DNA of 64,000 nucleotides, taken from assembly GCA_003649205.1 (NCBI GenBank), contig QMRC01000004.1, positions 60,459-124,458 on the forward strand, read 5' to 3'. This document shows positions 39,887 to 50,070 of this stretch, in pieces. Made by a program: the position numbers and the translations under genes. Origin of the DNA: Thermoprotei archaeon. GTDB lineage: Archaea > Thermoproteota > Thermoprotei > Thermoproteales > B15-G16. Within the stretch, counting starts at the first letter, position 1, and each line of letters begins with the position of its first letter. The notes under the pieces were generated by a model that ran no database searches, had not been told where the DNA came from, and saw only the letters and a program-made list of their open reading frames with translations.

Positions 39887-41578
39887 CTAAGTGAGCACTT
39901 CACGTACACTGCTGTACTTTCTCATTAATTTTGTCAAGTCTATCTCCATGACCTCAACAGGTACAGGTATGTCGAAGTTCGTAAGGACCTCTGGATGTAC
40001 TTCACCGACAATGCCTATGACCTCATCATCTACCAGTACTTCAGCACACCTACCTGGTATAAATGAGGGGTGCTCTACCTCTCTAAATCTGTACTCTAGT
40101 CCTAGTGTCGTCATTAATGCTCTCAACACGACTAGTACATCTGTTATCGTTGCCTTGGGATCAGCTATGGTGCATGCCAGGTGCCTCTCAGTCCTTGCTC
40201 TATTGTCAACAGCCTCATCTACAATAACCACATCCCCCACCTCGAATACCTTAATTGGGTACCCAGCTACCTTATTGTAGGCTACTACTTCGAGAAGCCC
40301 CGGTACTAGCCAATTCCTTAAACATGTGTACTTCTCACTCTTTGGATTCTCAACCTCAACTAGTGGTTGAGGTGGTAACCTCATTTTCCTGAGTAGCGTA
40401 TCTGGATTGCTCATCATGTAGTTAGCTACTTCCTGAAACCCGAGTCCAATCATCACATTTCTTACAGCTCTAGAGAAGACTTCGATTGGTGCTTCACGAC
40501 CACTGACGTACGGTTGTTCAGGTAGTTCAGGTGGTATGTTGTCGTACCCTAGTGCCATCGCAACATCCTCAACGAGGTCTATTACGTGTAGTACATCTAG
40601 TCTGTAAGGTGCTACCTCTACCTCAAGTACTTCTGAACTCAGTTCTCTCGCGTCATGTCTCATCTTGAGTAAACACTTCGTAACCTCTTCTCTACTGAGT
40701 TCAATACCTAGGTTCTCATTCACGTACCTAACCTCTAGATTCCAGCGGAGTGGTGTAAGTTGCGGTGTTAATATCTCTCTATCTCTGTACTTCACCATCA
40801 CTAGCTCTATGATTTCAGGTTTTCCTCTCTCAGCTATGTTACATACCATTACGTTCAACATGTCGAGTACAGTCTTTAGATCTGTACCAGTTACGTCAAT
40901 GAATACATCTTTAGTCTTCTCAGTTACCTTAGTATCCTCGCTATTGACTATTGGTGGCATTGATAGTACTGTACCTTCACTATCAATTAGTAGTGGGTAC
41001 TTATCGTAGTTCGCTATTATATACCCGTACTCTCTACCCTGTTCGGTGTACTTCAGTATCTCGTACCCATTCATGGGCTGTGTGTGGCCTAGTGGTGTGA
41101 ACTTTATGTCATCTGGTCTAACCAAGGTGTACCTGATCGGTGGTCTTATTGTTGATAGGTCGTACACTCCTATGGATGCTTTTCTCCTACCTCTACAGTA
41201 CGTTATGTGGAGTTTTTCCTGTAGATTCATCATCTGTCTAATAGCTTCATCACTTAGCTCTAGATTACGAACTATTGCGCATGCTATGTATGGTCTGTAG
41301 TGTACGTTTTCAACCTCTACAATAGCTATAGGTCTCTCCTGAAGTCTGAACCTCCGTAATCCAAGCTCCAGCTCTAGTAAGCCTTTCATTGCTCTTGCTA
41401 GTCCCTCTACTGAGAAGAGGTCAGGTCTATCGTGAGTTGCCTCGTACCTTACTACATCGTCCTCAATAGACTCTACCTCACACTTGAGTCTCAGTAGTAA
41501 ATCCTCAAGTTCTTCTCCCGTAAGTGATTTACCAAGTAACTTCTCTAGATCTCTCCAAGATACGTCTACAACTGGCAT
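39887..41578 (-). CDS. pheT: phenylalanyl-tRNA synthetase beta subunit
   Basis: DRPDLFSVEGLAR, QEKLH..R.R...IGVYD, SMPPIVNS, APYRLDVLH.IDLVED. Confidence 0.97.
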   Translation of the reverse strand: MPVVDVSWRDLEKLLGKSLTGEELEDLLLRLKCEVESIEDDVVRYEATHDRPDLFSVEGLARAMKGLLELELGLRRFRLQERPIAIVEVENVHYRPYIACAIVRNLELSDEAIRQMMNLQEKLHITYCRGRRKASIGVYDLSTIRPPIRYTLVRPDDIKFTPLGHTQPMNGYEILKYTEQGREYGYIIANYDKYPLLIDSEGTVLSMPPIVNSEDTKVTEKTKDVFIDVTGTDLKTVLDMLNVMVCNIAERGKPEIIELVMVKYRDREILTPQLTPLRWNLEVRYVNENLGIELSREEVTKCLLKMRHDARELSSEVLEVEVAPYRLDVLHVIDLVEDVAMALGYDNIPPELPEQPYVSGREAPIEVFSRAVRNVMIGLGFQEVANYMMSNPDTLLRKMRLPPQPLVEVENPKSEKYTCLRNWLVPGLLEVVAYNKVAGYPIKVFEVGDVVIVDEAVDNRARTERHLACTIADPKATITDVLVVLRALMTTLGLEYRFREVEHPSFIPGRCAEVLVDDEVIGIVGEVHPEVLTNFDIPVPVEVMEIDLTKLMRKYSSVREVLT

Positions 41579-41582
41579 GCAA

Positions 41583-43169
41583 TCACCTCAGTAAGCTAGG
41601 TATTAGAGGTAGCGGTTTTCTACGTAGGAATGTGAGGTCTTTGGAGAAGAGATCACGAATATCGTCTATACCCAGTACTGTCATAGCTATTCTATCAATA
41701 CCTATACCCCATGCAGCTACTCTACAGTTCTTGATACCGAGTGGTAGTAGTACCTCTGGTCTAAACATACCACCTGGTAGTACCTCAATCCAACCTAGCT
41801 TGGGGTGATGTATGAAACCTTCAACACTTGGTTCTGTGAATGGGAAGTATGCTGGTTTGAACTTTGGTCTACCTAGACCTAGTTTCCTGCAGAACTCAAC
41901 GAAGAATCCGAGTAGATGTTTGAAGGATATCTTCCTACCTACTATTATCCCCTCTAGCTGATAGAACTCCATTGAGTGCTTTGGATCTAGCGTCTCTGGT
42001 CTAAAGACTCTATCAAGAGCAAAGCACCTGTACTCACCTTCACCTCTCTCATATAGTGTTCTCATGGATACAGCTGTCGTCTGGGTTCTCAGGACTAGCC
42101 TCAGTGCTCTACGTGGATCCCATCTGTAGCCCCAACCACGTGATCCAGTTACCCAACCATTCTCGTGAACTGCAGCTACTCTCTTCATCAACTCCTCATC
42201 CCTGACAATACCTTCTCTAGGGTACTTGAGGAAGTACGTATCGTGAACTTCTCTAGCTGGGTGATCCTGTGCTTGGAATAGGATGTCGAAGTTCCAGAAT
42301 TCTAGCTCGACATGGGGTCCCTTCATCTCCTCAAAACCCATCGATATCAGTAGCTCACGGACATAATCTAGGAACTCCATGTATGGATGCTTCCTTCCAG
42401 GATGCACTACAGGAACAGGGATGCTGAAGTCTATCTTCTTAAACTCAACCTCTCTCCACTTACCTGAAGTAATTAGTTCCGGCGTTAATCTCGTAACCAG
42501 TGGTTTTACCTTGAGAAGCCCCTTATTCAGATACTCTCTACACCTCTCCGTTAACTCTAACGTGAAGTAAGTCCTTACTTTTTCCCTAACTAGCTTTCTC
42601 CTCTTGAGAGTAGCAATTAAATCTTCACCAAATACTTCAACAACTTTACTCTTCAATCCCTGTTCCTCAGCTAGCTTGAGAGCAGCCCTCAATCTACTAC
42701 AACTCTCGAGAAACCTCTTCACAGATTCCTCATCACTAGCAATCTTAATGATACCGCGTTCAATAGAACACACACCAGCTCTAACCAGGTACTGAATACC
42801 GATCTTAACCTCTTCACTAGATACCTCGATACCGCGTTCACGACATAGCTTAGGTAACTCACTAACCTCAATACCTTCTCTTGCTCTACTACACTCAAGG
42901 AGTATCTTGAGAACTCTCTCCTCAGGTAAACCTAGAGTAATGTACCTTCTACCCTCCTCAGTGACCTCTAGGTACTTGACATCCTTCCTAGTAACCTTCA
43001 CCAACCCTCTACTCTCTAAGCCAGCTAGATCCCTCATTAGAGCAGACTTATCAAGACCTAGCTCACTAGCCACCTTATCTAGATCCTTGATACCCCTACC
43101 AATGAGGTTTATGATCTTGTACTCACGCTCACTTAGAGTTACCTCACCACATGAAACAATGAGCCACAC
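41583..43169 (-). CDS. pheS: phenylalanyl-tRNA synthetase alpha subunit
   Basis: FWNFDILFQAQDHPARE, LRTQTT, VFRPE, PAYFPFTEPS, AWGIGIDR. Confidence 0.97.
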   Translation of the reverse strand: MWLIVSCGEVTLSEREYKIINLIGRGIKDLDKVASELGLDKSALMRDLAGLESRGLVKVTRKDVKYLEVTEEGRRYITLGLPEERVLKILLECSRAREGIEVSELPKLCRERGIEVSSEEVKIGIQYLVRAGVCSIERGIIKIASDEESVKRFLESCSRLRAALKLAEEQGLKSKVVEVFGEDLIATLKRRKLVREKVRTYFTLELTERCREYLNKGLLKVKPLVTRLTPELITSGKWREVEFKKIDFSIPVPVVHPGRKHPYMEFLDYVRELLISMGFEEMKGPHVELEFWNFDILFQAQDHPAREVHDTYFLKYPREGIVRDEELMKRVAAVHENGWVTGSRGWGYRWDPRRALRLVLRTQTTAVSMRTLYERGEGEYRCFALDRVFRPETLDPKHSMEFYQLEGIIVGRKISFKHLLGFFVEFCRKLGLGRPKFKPAYFPFTEPSVEGFIHHPKLGWIEVLPGGMFRPEVLLPLGIKNCRVAAWGIGIDRIAMTVLGIDDIRDLFSKDLTFLRRKPLPLIPSLLR

Positions 43170-43252
43170 CCCAAATGCTGTTGTCGTACTGAACTACATA
43201 GGGGAAATAATAAGAGTTACCTCGTACTTGCTCACTAACTCGGTGTACATAC

Positions 43253-43591
43253 ATGAGTAGCAACTACATTACGTTAGAGGACTTCTCTAAGCTAGATATC
43301 AGGATTGGTAAGGTACTTAAGGCTGAGCAGATACCTGGTTCAAGGAAATTGATTAGACTTGAGGTTGATATCGGTGGTGAAGTAAGGCAGTTAGTTGCTG
43401 GTATTGGTGATAGGTATAGACCTGATGAACTGGTTGGAAAGAAGGTAGTAGTACTGACGAACATACAGCCTAAGAGAATATTTGGAGTCCTCTCACAAGG
43501 AATGCTACTAGCCGCTGATGTAGATGGTAAACCCTACCTACTAACCGTTGATACACCAGATGAAGTTCCTGTAGGAGCTAAGGTTAGGTAG
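43253..43591 (+). CDS. tRNA-binding OB-fold protein (Trbp111/MetRS C-terminal-like)
   Basis: DFSKLDIRIGKV, RQLVAGI, SQGMLLAA. Confidence 0.92.
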   Translation: MSSNYITLEDFSKLDIRIGKVLKAEQIPGSRKLIRLEVDIGGEVRQLVAGIGDRYRPDELVGKKVVVLTNIQPKRIFGVLSQGMLLAADVDGKPYLLTVDTPDEVPVGAKVR

Positions 43592-43695
43592 TTCAGGGGA
43601 ATGGTAGATTGGATGACTTAAAGAGAAAAAGAGTGTTAGTTATTTCAACCTACGAATCTCAGGATAGGTATAATCTGGAGGTAGTATGTTTACGT

Positions 43696-43893
43696 TTACG
43701 CCTTAATTCTATACTTACCTTCGGGTGTCTTCTCTACAATACCTTGCTTCACCATTCTCGTGAGTAGTGCCTTAACTATGTTTATCTTGTCATAGTTTAT
43801 TTTGACTGCAATCTCCTCTGGTGCTAGTGGTCCCTCTGTCTTCAGTACCTGTAGTATCTTCTCCTTTAACTCACCCTTTCTCCTCTCAGCCAC
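43696..43893 (-). CDS. small basic winged-helix protein (65 aa)
   Basis: LKEKILQVLK.EGPL...EIA...LLTRMVKQGIVEK..GKY. GAGGTGA RBS. Confidence 0.8.
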   Translation of the reverse strand: MAERRKGELKEKILQVLKTEGPLAPEEIAVKINYDKINIVKALLTRMVKQGIVEKTPEGKYRIKA

Positions 43894-44175
43894 TTACTTC
43901 ACCTCTGTGTGTCTCGGTGTTGAGAAGACTTAATAAGATTTTCGATTAAAACAATAGCACCCCTAGTCTTTCTTTACAATATATTACATCAGCAATAGTG
44001 TAAGTATTTTCACATTATGTACTCCGTATTTAGGAGTAAACATTGAGTATAGATATTCTTGTGCTATCGTAATGTAGTGAGTTTATAGAGTGGAAAGATG
44101 TTGTTTTCAGTAATTTCTATACTAGTATACGTTCGTAAGAGGGAAAAGTATTTGTGTTAGGGTACAGGGGATTAG

Positions 44176-44231
44176 TTGGTGATGAAGGTCTTGCGCATCT
44201 GAGAAGGGATGAATTGAACCCGGTCTGATTA
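44176..44231 (+). ncRNA. box C/D guide sRNA, probably tRNA-targeting
   Basis: GTGATGA-aggtcttgcgcat-CTGA..GGATGA-attgaacccggt-CTGA. D guide is complementary to tRNA T-arm CCGGGTTCAA. Confidence 0.75.
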
Positions 44232-45377
44232 CCTAGTTATTCTCCCCTCTAGTAGCTCTCTCATTTCGGTGATTAGCTTCTGACCTTCACCACTACTAAA
44301 CCACCTGTGTAGTGGTTCTAGTAGCTTGTTCAGCTCATTGACTACAGCATTCTTCAGGTCTAGTGGATGTAGCTTGCCCTCAATGTATATCTTCTCAAGT
44401 TCTTCATATGACCAGACCTCTATTGTTCCACCGTACTTAGGTGGTCTCTCTATGATGAGTGGTTCTCTTCTATCTCTGAAGAGTAGTGTCTTCGCTATGT
44501 CCATAACCGGGTTGTAGGTTATCTCTCTTGGTGGGCAGAATGCCTTTAGTATCTTCTTCTTCACTACATCTGGTGTGTCGTGAAGGAATATACAGGATTC
44601 TGGTTTACTCTTACTCATCTTGTACTCTATCAACTCCTCCTTGCTCTCAGGTATCTTGGTTAGTGAGAGCCCTGTAAGTAGGTGGTGGTGTAGTGCTATT
44701 GGTTTTACTCTCTCACCGTCGAGAATTAGGGGTTTGAATTTTAGGTATGGTGCTACCTCCCTTGCTATTACATGAGCTTTCCTCTGATCGATACCTGCAT
44801 GAGCTATATGTACACCGAGTGCGAAGATATCTGCAACCTGCATTATCGGGTATATCAACCATGCAAATGGTACTCCTTCACCCATCTTACGACCGAGTAT
44901 CGTTATCGATCTCTGGACTCTAGCTAGGTTGACGTTCTTAGCCACGTCGAGTACAGTCATCCAGTACTCATCGTTATTGTGGTAGAGCTCTGATCCGAGT
45001 ACGAACTTAACTCTATCAGGATCACCACCAAGAACCTCAATACACTTCTTCAGTGTCTTGACGTAGTACTTAACAGCTACCTCCCTTATCAGGTCTAGAT
45101 CACCACCTAACTTCTCATTAATCCAGGAGTGTATGTCAGCTAGGAAGATAGTGCACTCAATACCTGCTCGCTGTAGATCAACTACCTTACTCATACACAC
45201 GAGACCAGTACCTATGTGTATCCAACCTGAAATCTCAAATCCTATGTAGTGTCTCAACTTGAAACCACGCTCTAGATATGACTTAAGCTCTTTCTCGGTC
45301 AGTATCTCCTCTGTTGGTGCTCTCTTAATTAACTTGAGTCTCTCCTCGATGTCCAATACAAGATCCCTCCACCACAA
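44229..45377 (-). CDS. tyrS: tyrosyl-tRNA synthetase
   Basis: HYIGFEISGWIHIG, LADIHSWIN, IYPIMQVADIF, GIDQRKAH, KMSKS. Confidence 0.97.
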   Translation of the reverse strand: MWWRDLVLDIEERLKLIKRAPTEEILTEKELKSYLERGFKLRHYIGFEISGWIHIGTGLVCMSKVVDLQRAGIECTIFLADIHSWINEKLGGDLDLIREVAVKYYVKTLKKCIEVLGGDPDRVKFVLGSELYHNNDEYWMTVLDVAKNVNLARVQRSITILGRKMGEGVPFAWLIYPIMQVADIFALGVHIAHAGIDQRKAHVIAREVAPYLKFKPLILDGERVKPIALHHHLLTGLSLTKIPESKEELIEYKMSKSKPESCIFLHDTPDVVKKKILKAFCPPREITYNPVMDIAKTLLFRDRREPLIIERPPKYGGTIEVWSYEELEKIYIEGKLHPLDLKNAVVNELNKLLEPLHRWFSSGEGQKLITEMRELLEGRITR

Positions 45378-45420
45378 TCAAAGACGCAGTACATAAACCC
45401 TATTTTAAGGTATTACCGAG

Positions 45421-46155
45421 CTACTTAACGTAGACTACAGCGATTATGTGTGCATGAGCGTACATTACAGTGTTCACTACAGGTTCAGGCCTAAGTACTT
45501 CAAGCAGTACTTCCCTTGGTACCGAGTTTGTTCTCAGTACATCAACCAGTGTCGATAACTTAAAGATCTTTCTGAGTAAGTACATTACAGCGCCTACCGG
45601 TATACCCAACTTACTTAAAGCTGCTAGAAATCTATTCACCAGCACCTGTCCAAGTACTTGTTTCACGGTGAAGTACTTGCTCAGTAATGTCAGTAAGGTA
45701 CCTAATCTGTACTCTCTAACATGGTGTGGGTTTCTTCTGGTAACATCTGCATTAGGTGTTGAGAACACAGCAATACCACCTACCTTACACACTCTCTTTA
45801 TCTCAGTGAGTAAGTCATGTACCTGTGCTACATGCTCTATTAGGTCCATCACTAGTACAGTATCGAAGATTTGCTTCCTCAGCGGTAATTTCTCAGCTAC
45901 ACAGCATACGGTACTGAGATTGAGGTACTTCTCACTCAGTATTTTAGTTACCGTACGTAGTACGTACCTGTCTCTATCTATGGCGAGTACGTACCTAGCT
46001 ACATCACACACGTACTTAAGTCCTATACAGTACCCACATCCGAGGTCTAGTACGGCTCTCTTCCTGCAAAACTTTGAAGCATAGAGATACCTCGCTTCCG
46101 TTAGTACCTCATCGAGTACGTCTATACCTGGTACAACTCTACTCAGATACCTCAT
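45421..46155 (-). CDS. class I SAM-dependent methyltransferase
   Basis: VLDLGCG, FDTV...LIEHV, GG....STPN, NPHHVREY. Confidence 0.88.
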   Translation of the reverse strand: MRYLSRVVPGIDVLDEVLTEARYLYASKFCRKRAVLDLGCGYCIGLKYVCDVARYVLAIDRDRYVLRTVTKILSEKYLNLSTVCCVAEKLPLRKQIFDTVLVMDLIEHVAQVHDLLTEIKRVCKVGGIAVFSTPNADVTRRNPHHVREYRLGTLLTLLSKYFTVKQVLGQVLVNRFLAALSKLGIPVGAVMYLLRKIFKLSTLVDVLRTNSVPREVLLEVLRPEPVVNTVMYAHAHIIAVVYVK

Positions 46156-48116
46156 TGCCTCTTCTCTTCACTGACTAATCCTAGTTCACGTAGTATTTCT
46201 TCCCCTCTCTTGACTATGACTGATCCATAGCCAACGTACAGTACCTTATCTGGATTCAAAGTCTTGATAACCTCAGGTCTATTAGTTGAGACTACCAATG
46301 TTATACCTGCTCTCCTACATACCTCAGCTATCTTCCTAGCTATTCTCTGAGCAGTAACGCTATCTAGGTGAGCAGTGAACTCATCAATAACTACTAGATT
46401 AGGTCTCTCAGCAAGTAGTGAAGCTATCTTTGCTCTTTCCTTCTGTCCTGTTGATAATTCTGAGAACTTAGCTCTGTAGAAGACGGCATCAGAGAGACCG
46501 CAGATATTCAGTACCTCTACAGCAAGTACCTCATCCTTTGTCTTACCGTAGAGGTGCTCTAGTAGACTTTCTTCACCGAACTTAGGCTCTAGTTCTCCAG
46601 GTATGAGTGCTGCTAACTTAGTGTTCTCAGGTACCTTAACAATTCCTGAAGTTGGTTGGTATCTCTCATCCTGGAGCTTGAGAGCACTACCAACGATCAT
46701 TCTGAGTAGTGTTGTCTTACCTGCACCTGATAGACCGATGACAACAACAATCTCTCCAGGGTAAATCTCTAGATTTACATCACGAAGAACGTACTTCTGT
46801 ACAATTCTCCTCTCAACGCCAAATGACTTAAGCACATCCTGTAGCTCCTTAGGTAGCTTACTCATGTCAAGGACATTGCTGTAGACCTTAGTGATGTTAC
46901 TGAACACTATCGGTCCCTTAAGCTTCTCAACAGCTGTGAACTTAGGTCTATACAGCACACCACCATGCTTTTTAGCGTATTCATCACTTGCTAGGAACCT
47001 ATCGAGGTATTCCTTACCTAGTGGTGTAAGTGGGTAGTAGAGTACTGGTCTACCTGAAGCAGTTTCCCAAACGAACTTGAAACCAGCTTTCTCGAAGAAT
47101 GGATTGTACCTAGCCATCTGAGCAATTGTCTCTATGAGGTGTTTCTCACGTTTCATCTCAGGTACTCTCCTCTCTCTAACCCACTCAATACAGGCCTTAA
47201 CAGCTAGAACACCTAGTCCATCACCTCTGTAGTCAGGGTGGATAACAACTCTAGCTATTCTCGCAGCTGCTGTATTGCACCTAGCAATAGCGAGCTTCCT
47301 AACCATATCACTGAGCATAGCTCTAGCTAATCTCCTACCGTACTTAGCAGCTAGCTGCTTCAATCTCCTCCTCAATCTCTTCAATAGGTACTCAGGCCAG
47401 AACGTCGGTACGAACCAGTCTTCTGGAAAGACCTTCTCTCTTATGTGTCTCTCAACAACGACCTTACCATCGGGAGTAACTACTCTACGTGACATCAGTG
47501 GTATTGGTGGATCAATCCTAACATACCCAAGCACTCTAGGTTCAAAGGGTTGTCTATCTAGTAGCTCGAGAATTAGGAATCTAGATGCAGGTAGTGAACC
47601 CTTTATCCACGTCAATGTCATCTCCACACCACACTTATCGCATTTAGGAGGTACGTTTGACTCCTTGTACGAACCGCACTTAGGGCATCTCCAAATAGCG
47701 ACAACCTCTTTCTTCGACGCGTAGTGGTACTGCTCAAGCTCGACAATAGCCTCGTAATCCTCCTTAGTTATAGCCTCTCTAGCTAGTACACGGTACCTGT
47801 AGACAACCCTACCCGTAAGTGGGTCGTGACGAGGTAGTTCATAGACCTTTGAGAACACTGGCCAAACCTTAATCCACTCACCACCGTACCTACGATACAG
47901 CTCAAACGAGTCATCTCTCGTAAATAAATCCTTTAGCTCACTGGTGACAACGAGCTTAACCTCCTCACCTCTCTTCAACCACTGAATAATTGATCCAGGG
48001 ATCTCAACCTTAACAACCCTACCATCACTGGAAATTAGCTCAAGACAACCCTCCCAACGATAAGTCAACCTCGGGACAAACTTCTTATGAACACGAAAAA
48101 CGTACTCACTCACCAC
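46152..48116 (-). CDS. GNAT acetyltransferase-ABC ATPase fusion (COG2401-like)
   Basis: ELEQYHY, zinc knuckle CPKC..CDKC, RIARVVIHPDYRGDGLG, NPFFEKAGF, GLSGAGKTT, LSTGQKER, IDEF. Confidence 0.9.
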   Translation of the reverse strand: MVSEYVFRVHKKFVPRLTYRWEGCLELISSDGRVVKVEIPGSIIQWLKRGEEVKLVVTSELKDLFTRDDSFELYRRYGGEWIKVWPVFSKVYELPRHDPLTGRVVYRYRVLAREAITKEDYEAIVELEQYHYASKKEVVAIWRCPKCGSYKESNVPPKCDKCGVEMTLTWIKGSLPASRFLILELLDRQPFEPRVLGYVRIDPPIPLMSRRVVTPDGKVVVERHIREKVFPEDWFVPTFWPEYLLKRLRRRLKQLAAKYGRRLARAMLSDMVRKLAIARCNTAAARIARVVIHPDYRGDGLGVLAVKACIEWVRERRVPEMKREKHLIETIAQMARYNPFFEKAGFKFVWETASGRPVLYYPLTPLGKEYLDRFLASDEYAKKHGGVLYRPKFTAVEKLKGPIVFSNITKVYSNVLDMSKLPKELQDVLKSFGVERRIVQKYVLRDVNLEIYPGEIVVVIGLSGAGKTTLLRMIVGSALKLQDERYQPTSGIVKVPENTKLAALIPGELEPKFGEESLLEHLYGKTKDEVLAVEVLNICGLSDAVFYRAKFSELSTGQKERAKIASLLAERPNLVVIDEFTAHLDSVTAQRIARKIAEVCRRAGITLVVSTNRPEVIKTLNPDKVLYVGYGSVIVKRGEEILRELGLVSEEKRQ

Positions 48117-48510
48117 AGATCTCCCTCACAACCCTATCAACAACCTCCCTAGGTAACCTAACCCACACCTGAGCACCTCTAGGAAAATCGAAGTAAATAG
48201 GTTTACTCAACCTTCGAGGTCTAGCCAGAACCCAAACATAGAGCTCACCCCTACCACCAGCATACCGATACAGCTCATCAGGAGGAACACAGTGCTTATC
48301 AACGTGCTCAATCAAATCATCAACACCCATCTTAAAGACATCGATGAGATCTACAAGACCAACAACAGCTCTATCACAGATAAGAGCAATAGTACCCCTA
48401 ATCCTCGTGTAGGTCCTCCTCAACTCCCAAACCTTAGCACCACTGAGAATCAGGTCAACGTAAGGTCTCTTCACAATCAATCCACGTAGATACCTAATGG
48501 ACATAGTCAC
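48106..48510 (-). CDS. ASCH domain protein
   Basis: GLIVKRPYVDLILSGAKVWELR (GxKxxExR), YVWVL, GAQVWV. Confidence 0.9.
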   Translation of the reverse strand: MTMSIRYLRGLIVKRPYVDLILSGAKVWELRRTYTRIRGTIALICDRAVVGLVDLIDVFKMGVDDLIEHVDKHCVPPDELYRYAGGRGELYVWVLARPRRLSKPIYFDFPRGAQVWVRLPREVVDRVVREICGE

Positions 48511-48609
48511 GAAACAGAGTTAAGGTGAAGATATATTACCCTAACTCTAGACCACAACCACACTACAGAGAAGAAGGAAAGTACATTAGATCAGGTCAAG
48601 TGGTGGAGA

Positions 48610-48665
48610 TGAGTGATGAAGACTTCGGCTACCTGATAGATGACGAGTGTCACCCTCTCTGATGC
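48610..48665 (+). ncRNA. box C/D guide sRNA
   Basis: GTGATGA-agacttcggctac-CTGA..ATGACGA-gtgtcaccctct-CTGA. D guide is complementary to 23S AGAGGGTGA. Confidence 0.8.
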
Positions 48666-48903
48666 TCCAAACTCTTGAACTCACCCTCACTGATTCATAA
48701 CTCATGCCATCACTGAAGTCAAGCACAAAGCTCTACACAGGATAATTAAGTGTCGTAGATTCAGCATCTGAGTATAGCGACTTCCTAACTGTAGGTGAAC
48801 TCTACGAGAGTACAAGAGAACTAGCATCTAGGTACGGTGGTCAAGTGAGTTAGCAAAGAACTCGAGTAACTACTAAAGGAAGTAGATCAGAAGCTCGAGT
48901 TAA

Positions 48904-49464
48904 ATGAGCGATATGTTCAAGTACTACACACAAAGTTCGGTAGTAGAGAATACAAAAAAAGATAGCGATAACGATATTGACCACGTTCAAGAACATTACC
49001 ACTGGGGAACGTACTTGAAGACACCAACAGTAAACATCTTCGGCATACCAGTACCAGCACTACCACTAGCACTAACCTTCATACTCGTAATTACAGCCAT
49101 AACACTAGCCATAGCACTAGCGAGTAGAGGACGAAGAACACAGAACACACTCACCCTACTTAACACAACCCCAGAACTTCAGAACATAGTTCAGAAAGTA
49201 CGTGAATTACTCGATGAGTTGAAGAAGTACGACAAGTACATCGATAGAGCACATGAGAAGTACAGGAGAGGGGAGATAAGTGAGAAAACCTACAACAAGC
49301 TACTCGAGCTATATGAGAAGAAGAGAGGTGAGATAATAGCTAGAATAGACATGTTAAGGTCAAGAGCTATGGAGCTAGGAGTAAAAATCTGTCCACTCTG
49401 CGGTGCAGTAAATAACCTAAGTGACAAGAGATGTAGGTACTGTGGAGCGAGATTAAGCCTGTGA
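48904..49464 (+). CDS. single-TM protein with coiled coil and C-terminal zinc ribbon
   Basis: TM at residues 50-72, GEISEKTY helix, CPLC..CRYC. Confidence 0.65.
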   Translation: MSDMFKYYTQSSVVENTKKDSDNDIDHVQEHYHWGTYLKTPTVNIFGIPVPALPLALTFILVITAITLAIALASRGRRTQNTLTLLNTTPELQNIVQKVRELLDELKKYDKYIDRAHEKYRRGEISEKTYNKLLELYEKKRGEIIARIDMLRSRAMELGVKICPLCGAVNNLSDKRCRYCGARLSL

Positions 49465-49488
49465 ATTAACAACTAAGGAGACAGCTAC

Positions 49489-49971
49489 CTAGAGAACCTC
49501 CTCCTTAACTGTGTAGAGGACTATAGCGGGACAAACCCTCTTCACACCGGGTCTCCTAGCTAACTCACCATGAATACGAGCAAGCTCATCACTACTCCTA
49601 GCCCATATAGTAGCCATAACAGAGTGATCACCAGATGTAACGGCAAGAAACTTAACACAATTCAATTCCTTTAAGTACTCAACAACCTCAAAGAGGTGCT
49701 CAGGCTCAACATCAACACCAGTAATAGAGATCAAGGAGTAGCCCAGTTTCTTCGGATCAACAACAACCCTATACCCCTGAATAACACCAAGCTGCTCCAA
49801 CCTCCTAACCCTCTTCAAAACAGCTACATCACTCAAACCCAAAACCCTACCAATCTCAGCAAAGGAAACCCTAGCATTCCTCGCCAATAACCTCAAAATA
49901 GCAAGATCCCTATCATCAAGAACAACACCACCAGACATACCACAACCCCACAACCAATAACCTATCACCAA
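49489..49971 (-). CDS. Lrp/AsnC family regulator
   Basis: LDDRDLAILRLLARNAR..EIGR..RVRRLEQLGVI, TSGDH, VCPAI. Start is probably the second Met. Confidence 0.92.
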   Translation of the reverse strand: MVIGYWLWGCGMSGGVVLDDRDLAILRLLARNARVSFAEIGRVLGLSDVAVLKRVRRLEQLGVIQGYRVVVDPKKLGYSLISITGVDVEPEHLFEVVEYLKELNCVKFLAVTSGDHSVMATIWARSSDELARIHGELARRPGVKRVCPAIVLYTVKEEVL

Positions 49972-50002
49972 TCCCTAAAAACAAATCGACCACCAAACAA
50001 TA

Positions 50003-50017
50003 GTTAGGAATCCTAAC
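50003..50017. promoter_or_regulatory. inverted repeat GTTAGGA-A-TCCTAAC, candidate operator
   Basis: 7-1-7 palindrome between the divergent Lrp and rubrerythrin-like genes, upstream of TTATAAA. Confidence 0.45.
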
Positions 50018-50070
50018 CATTTAAGTTAGAACAAAAAACCTTATAAATTAGATAATCCACAACGTACTCG

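Noticed and set aside
48750-48853. Fragment SEYSDFLTVGELYESTRELASRYG resembling the start of an M14 peptidase
   Set aside because: Too short to support without a search.
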